Assembly: GCA_030141605.1 (NCBI GenBank)
Contig: JAQGDQ010000004.1
Location: 1,054,001 to 1,118,000 of the forward strand
DNA length: 64,000 nt
Direction of reading: 5' to 3'
From: Tubiluchus corallicola
Lineage: Eukaryota > Animalia > Priapulida
Below are positions 59,801 to 64,000 of the stretch, in pieces. Position 1 is the first letter of the stretch; every line of letters begins with the position of its first letter. A model generated the notes under the pieces. It made no database searches. It was given only the letters and a program-made list of their open reading frames with translations, and was not told the DNA's origin. A program made the position numbers and the translations under genes.

Positions 59801-62800
59801 ATTTGCAATGATAAATGGATAAAATACCCTTGGTTAAAAACAAAGAAATTGGTAACAATTTAATAATTAGTTAATTAATTACACTGTTTAGTTAATTAAC
59901 TTTAATTGGGCCTAAATTGCAAGGCCTAAATTGCTGTTTGATTAATTAATGTTAAAGTGATCCTATTCCAAAGGTATTTATCCAAGTGAACTGAAATTTA
60001 CAATGATGAATGGATAAAATACCCTTGGTTAAAAACAAAGAAATTGGTAACAATTTAATAATTAGTTAATTAATTACACTGTTTAATTAATTAATTTTAA
60101 TTGGGCCTAAGTTGCAAGCTCCCATGATCAAGTCAACTTGACATTTGCAAGCTGATTTGCTACTTAGTTCAAAACACAACAGTTGAGCAATTTGTTAATT
60201 AGCTAATTAATCAGGCCTGTTTAATTAATTAATTATTTTTAAATTGATATCAACTGCATGTTCCAAAGCCAGTTTTGGTACATTTTAGTCTGTATTTATC
60301 CGTGCAAATGTCGACACTCAGATAGTTTTCATTTTAATAAATTATGACACCTGGATTTTAATAGATTTTAATATGATTAATTTCAAAATAAATTATTGCC
60401 TTTTTAGTGTAGTGTAATTTAAGCTTCAGGCTAAATATTTTAATAAACTTGCGATCATTAATTAAAACCTGAAATAATAGCAGAAGTTGGGGCTATGTTT
60501 AAGTAAAAATCTGCTTATTATATATTCCAAAAAGGCAACATAAAGCAACTAAAATAAAAAAGAAGCATACAAACAGCTCTTCTTAGCATCCTCCTTGATT
60601 TCCAAAATTCTTCCACACTTAAAAGAACGACACATTTTTTAAAAGTAATAATAGTAATAATAATTTGTTGTAACATACCTTTCGTCTAATGAGCCAGTCC
60701 GTGATGAATCCTGCCAGGAAACTTCCAACCACTCCTCCGGTTTCAACGCTACTGATAAAACCACTTCCTACGTAATTAAACAAAAACAGTAAATATGTAA
60801 TTTAAATAAGGACAAATATTTAACATTGGTTTGTAACGTATTTAACTAAAGTACATGCAGTTAGAATAATTTCACTTAAAGTAGAAATACAGCTAAAACA
60901 GTATTGAGTGCTTATTATGTGTGAACAGAAATATTTTTCAGGCTGCTGAAAAACAAAAGCCATGTTCCGAATGACATCATGTTTAATGACAGTTCAGTTA
61001 ACAATAACACAAGTCAAGTTATAATTTAGTGTTGCACAGCATATACCAAAAAAAAGAAAAAATAAGCAGTGTAATTATTATATAAAAGCATAATAGTATT
61101 TTTTTGTTTTATGTACATCGTTATATAATACTATAACATCTTATTGGGCAGTGTTTACAACAAATGTGCTACCAACTACAAACATAATTACAGAACTAAT
61201 AGAAATAATGAAAATGACAATACACATAAATGAGAAAAATAATTGCATGAAATATATATTAATCGATCCGTAAATAGGTATTACAAAAATACAACACAGT
61301 AAAGTTCGAACAGTGGTTTTCTTAATTTGATGTAGCAGTGCAATCATTTGAAATGTTTTGTTAAATAACCAGTATACCACTAAATGTGAAAACTCTCGTT
61401 GAAAAATTGACAGAAGTAAAAATCGAAGAACAAAACTACTCGTACCCTGATACTGGCTACCACCTAGTTCTTGTATGATAAAGAGTTGTCCCCAGTCACA
61501 AGCTGCAGTTTTAGAGGCAAAAACAATAAGATATCCAATGCTAAGTAACCAGAGAAATGGGCTCTTGATTAAGTCTTTCCATGTAGAATCCGATGCCCTT
61601 TTGTCTGAAAAAATGAGTGACTCAAAGTATTAATTACAAATGTATTATTCCATCCAATCTCTATTCCTGCACTTATCTCTAGTTTTTAAAAATAATGAAT
61701 TTGTAACACCTTCTGGACAATTAACTAAAGAGGATGTCCAAGTTGTTTGTTTGTTTACATTAATTAAAGTTTTAATTAATTAAATATTTAAAAAAATTAA
61801 ATGAATAGATTACGAAATGAGTTTATTAACTCAAATTAATTTTATATGATTTGTGGCAGTTCATTAAAGTAAGCTAGAAGAGCCACATGTATGTGCGGCA
61901 TGTGTCATAACTTTGTATGAAAGAAAAAGCAGCAGAGTATTTACTCCAGACTAGAATGCACCACTTGTTGTACCATTTGTTTGGTGTAACTGAAAAAAGT
62001 AGCTTGTCATGGCCAAAGAACAGGCTTTAATTTAGAAGTGTCTAAAAGATTGTCTTGGTTCACTCACATAGTAAATATTTTTGATTCAGTGATTCCGTTA
62101 AAGGCTTCTTGAATCTATTGTGGAGTTTATAATTGCAAACATTATAAACTAATATTGTTTATTAACTCATAAAAACTGATTAATAACCATATATTCAGTA
62201 ACCTGTACTGAGCAAAAGCAAGTTAAGAAAATCTGTTTGTTTAATTTATTACCATTGTCTTTTCCAGATTTTGATTTTTTCCCTTCATCATCAACAATAT
62301 TTTCCAAACCAACATCAGATGGTCTATTAACAAGAGTGACTAGACAGACAACAGCTAGTCCCAAAGAAAACATGCCTAAGAAATAAGTTAATTATATTTA
62401 GTACATAAAAATATAGAGAAAAAATATATAAACAAACAAAAAACATTAAATGTTGCAGTGTTACCAATCAACCTAGATCATTTGCACACGAGTTTTTAGG
62501 CTTTTAGCTTTTCTAAATTGTGCAATATGATACACAACACAATATTGCCATGAAGTCATGATGACAACATGAAAGAAGCTCTACAATCAAGCTCCTATTC
62601 ATTTTTGTATAACGTTTGACCTTACATATGGTGCAGCAGAGAGAGACACATAACTGCAGATACACATTGAGAAACCAAGTGTGTTTGTGAACAATTCAAT
62701 GTCGGTAGTACTTTTTTGTCTTTAGGTTTTGATTCAGATTTGGCAAAAAGCTATCAAAGCTATATCAGTGCTACTTTTAGAAAATATACTAATACTAAAA

Positions 62801-63057
62801 GTTATCTAAATCGTCTAATGAAAAAATGAAACAGCAATAATAAACTTGCTCGAAAAGGAAGCTTGTGACAATAACATTAGGAGCAAGACAATTATTATGC
62901 AATTGTATTAAAAGCTCGTACCGGGGATAATTAAACTAGTTTTCCAGCCATAATGGACAATGATGTAAGCAGCTACCAAAGGTGCGATACTACCAGACAT
63001 ATTAGAGCTAGTTGACAGTACACTCCACCATGTACCAAACTGTGATGGCAAATACCA
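56832..63057 (-). CDS. SLC37A4: Glucose-6-phosphate exchanger SLC37A4 (G6PT, MFS), last 7 exons; 5' exons lie beyond the window
   Basis: Exons (minus) 63057-62922, 62375-62253, 61604-61446, 60767-60679, 58278-58159, 57541-57403 and 57001-56832; phases consistent (936 nt). Motifs [109 protein letters not shown]; C-terminal KKKQ (KKXX ER signal). Confidence 0.95.
59738..60118. repeat. Tandem duplication with about 195-bp period (two close copies, more diverged related sequence on each side)
   Basis: GCTGTTTGATTAAT...ATTCCAAAGGTATTTATCCAAGTGAACTGAAATTT...GGGCCTAARTTGCAAG at about 59738-59923 and 59933-60118. Confidence 0.9.
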
Positions 63058-64000
63058 CTGAAAAAAGAAAAAACTCAAGCATGAACAAAAGACAATGAAA
63101 ATAACTCTAATAAGTCAAGACAAACTGGAGGTAGTAGAACACATTCTGAGTAAACACATGATCGCAAGTGCACTGTAAAAGAAAACTACACTATAAAAGT
63201 ACACTAGCTATCATGTACTTACTCAGAATTGGTAAGCCTAATTACAAAAATAAGACATTTACGATGAAGGATAAATTTAAATTAAAAGAATAAATGTGAC
63301 TGCTTCTAGAAAAAAAGCAGCCACTTGAAAGTAGCCTCCAGTAGACCAGTTTTGTATAGTTTTAACATTAATAAGGTGATTTGCAACAGTATTTGACAAA
63401 TGTTTACACTGCACAGTATAGAAGTTCAAATTGAAATAGTCAGTTGGGATGTTCGAGTAAGAACGATACTTTCACTTAGACTTTTAGCAGCTAACACATT
63501 CACAAACTAAATGAATGTCTACAAGTGACAATAATTTCCCTAATTCTATTTAAACCAAGTGGCTATTGTTACTGTTATGTCATATATGAATCACTTTTGG
63601 CCACTATATATATATATATATGTAGGAACAATCATGTTAAGTACAGCTTTATTTGCAAGCACGTTTGTATATTACGTGCATTATTGTGCTAGCCTAGTGG
63701 TTTTGTTTTGAATCTGCAGTTGAACCTCCTCGTTTCTAGATGCTAAACATTTAATCACTTGCCTAGCAGTTTGCTTTTGAAGCTCTCGCTGCTTTTCACA
63801 CGGGAAGCAAGGTCATCATCAACTGCAACTCAAGCATTATGTGACTAAGTGTTTTGCATTAAAATGTACAGCATGCAGCAAAAGATTTTTATCAGTATGA
63901 GAATTTTATAAACAAACTTCTTAGTGAAGAAATGAAGCAATTGATCTTGCATGAACTTCTGTATTTTTTAGTGGTAACAATCAGATATGAGTGATTTATT

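Overview
AT-rich, intron-rich animal (probably invertebrate) genomic DNA; there are no prokaryotic features and no CRISPR array. Four host genes can be reconstructed by hand with consistent GT-AG splice sites and reading phases: (1) the 3' end of MAT2B (+, 2-469); (2) a complete LIX1/LIX1L (Lowfat) gene (+, 6 coding exons, 13968-38201, about 391 aa) with a 13.9-kb first coding intron; (3) a complete RFWD3 RING-WD40 E3 ligase (+, 12-13 coding exons, 44119-53399); (4) the last 7 exons of the ER glucose-6-phosphate exchanger SLC37A4 (-, 63057-56832, convergent with RFWD3). Mobile DNA includes a young 5'-truncated RTE-clade LINE with an intact RT frame and 12-bp TSD, a decayed CR1/L2-type LINE, a pogo/Tigger deletion derivative, several TA- and hAT-type MITEs (one nested), a tRNA-derived SINE or pseudogene and two tandem repeats. 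The best new observations concern gene structure. An unlisted alternative first coding exon of LIX1L sits behind an internal promoter-like island and carries its own QGYG(K) motif and two in-phase donors. RFWD3 has a 33-nt frame-preserving candidate microexon and a SIM-like motif. The long LIX1L intron has candidate recursive-splice/poison sites. I found no convincing wholly new multi-gene system. All homology calls come from recalled family motifs, not database searches.
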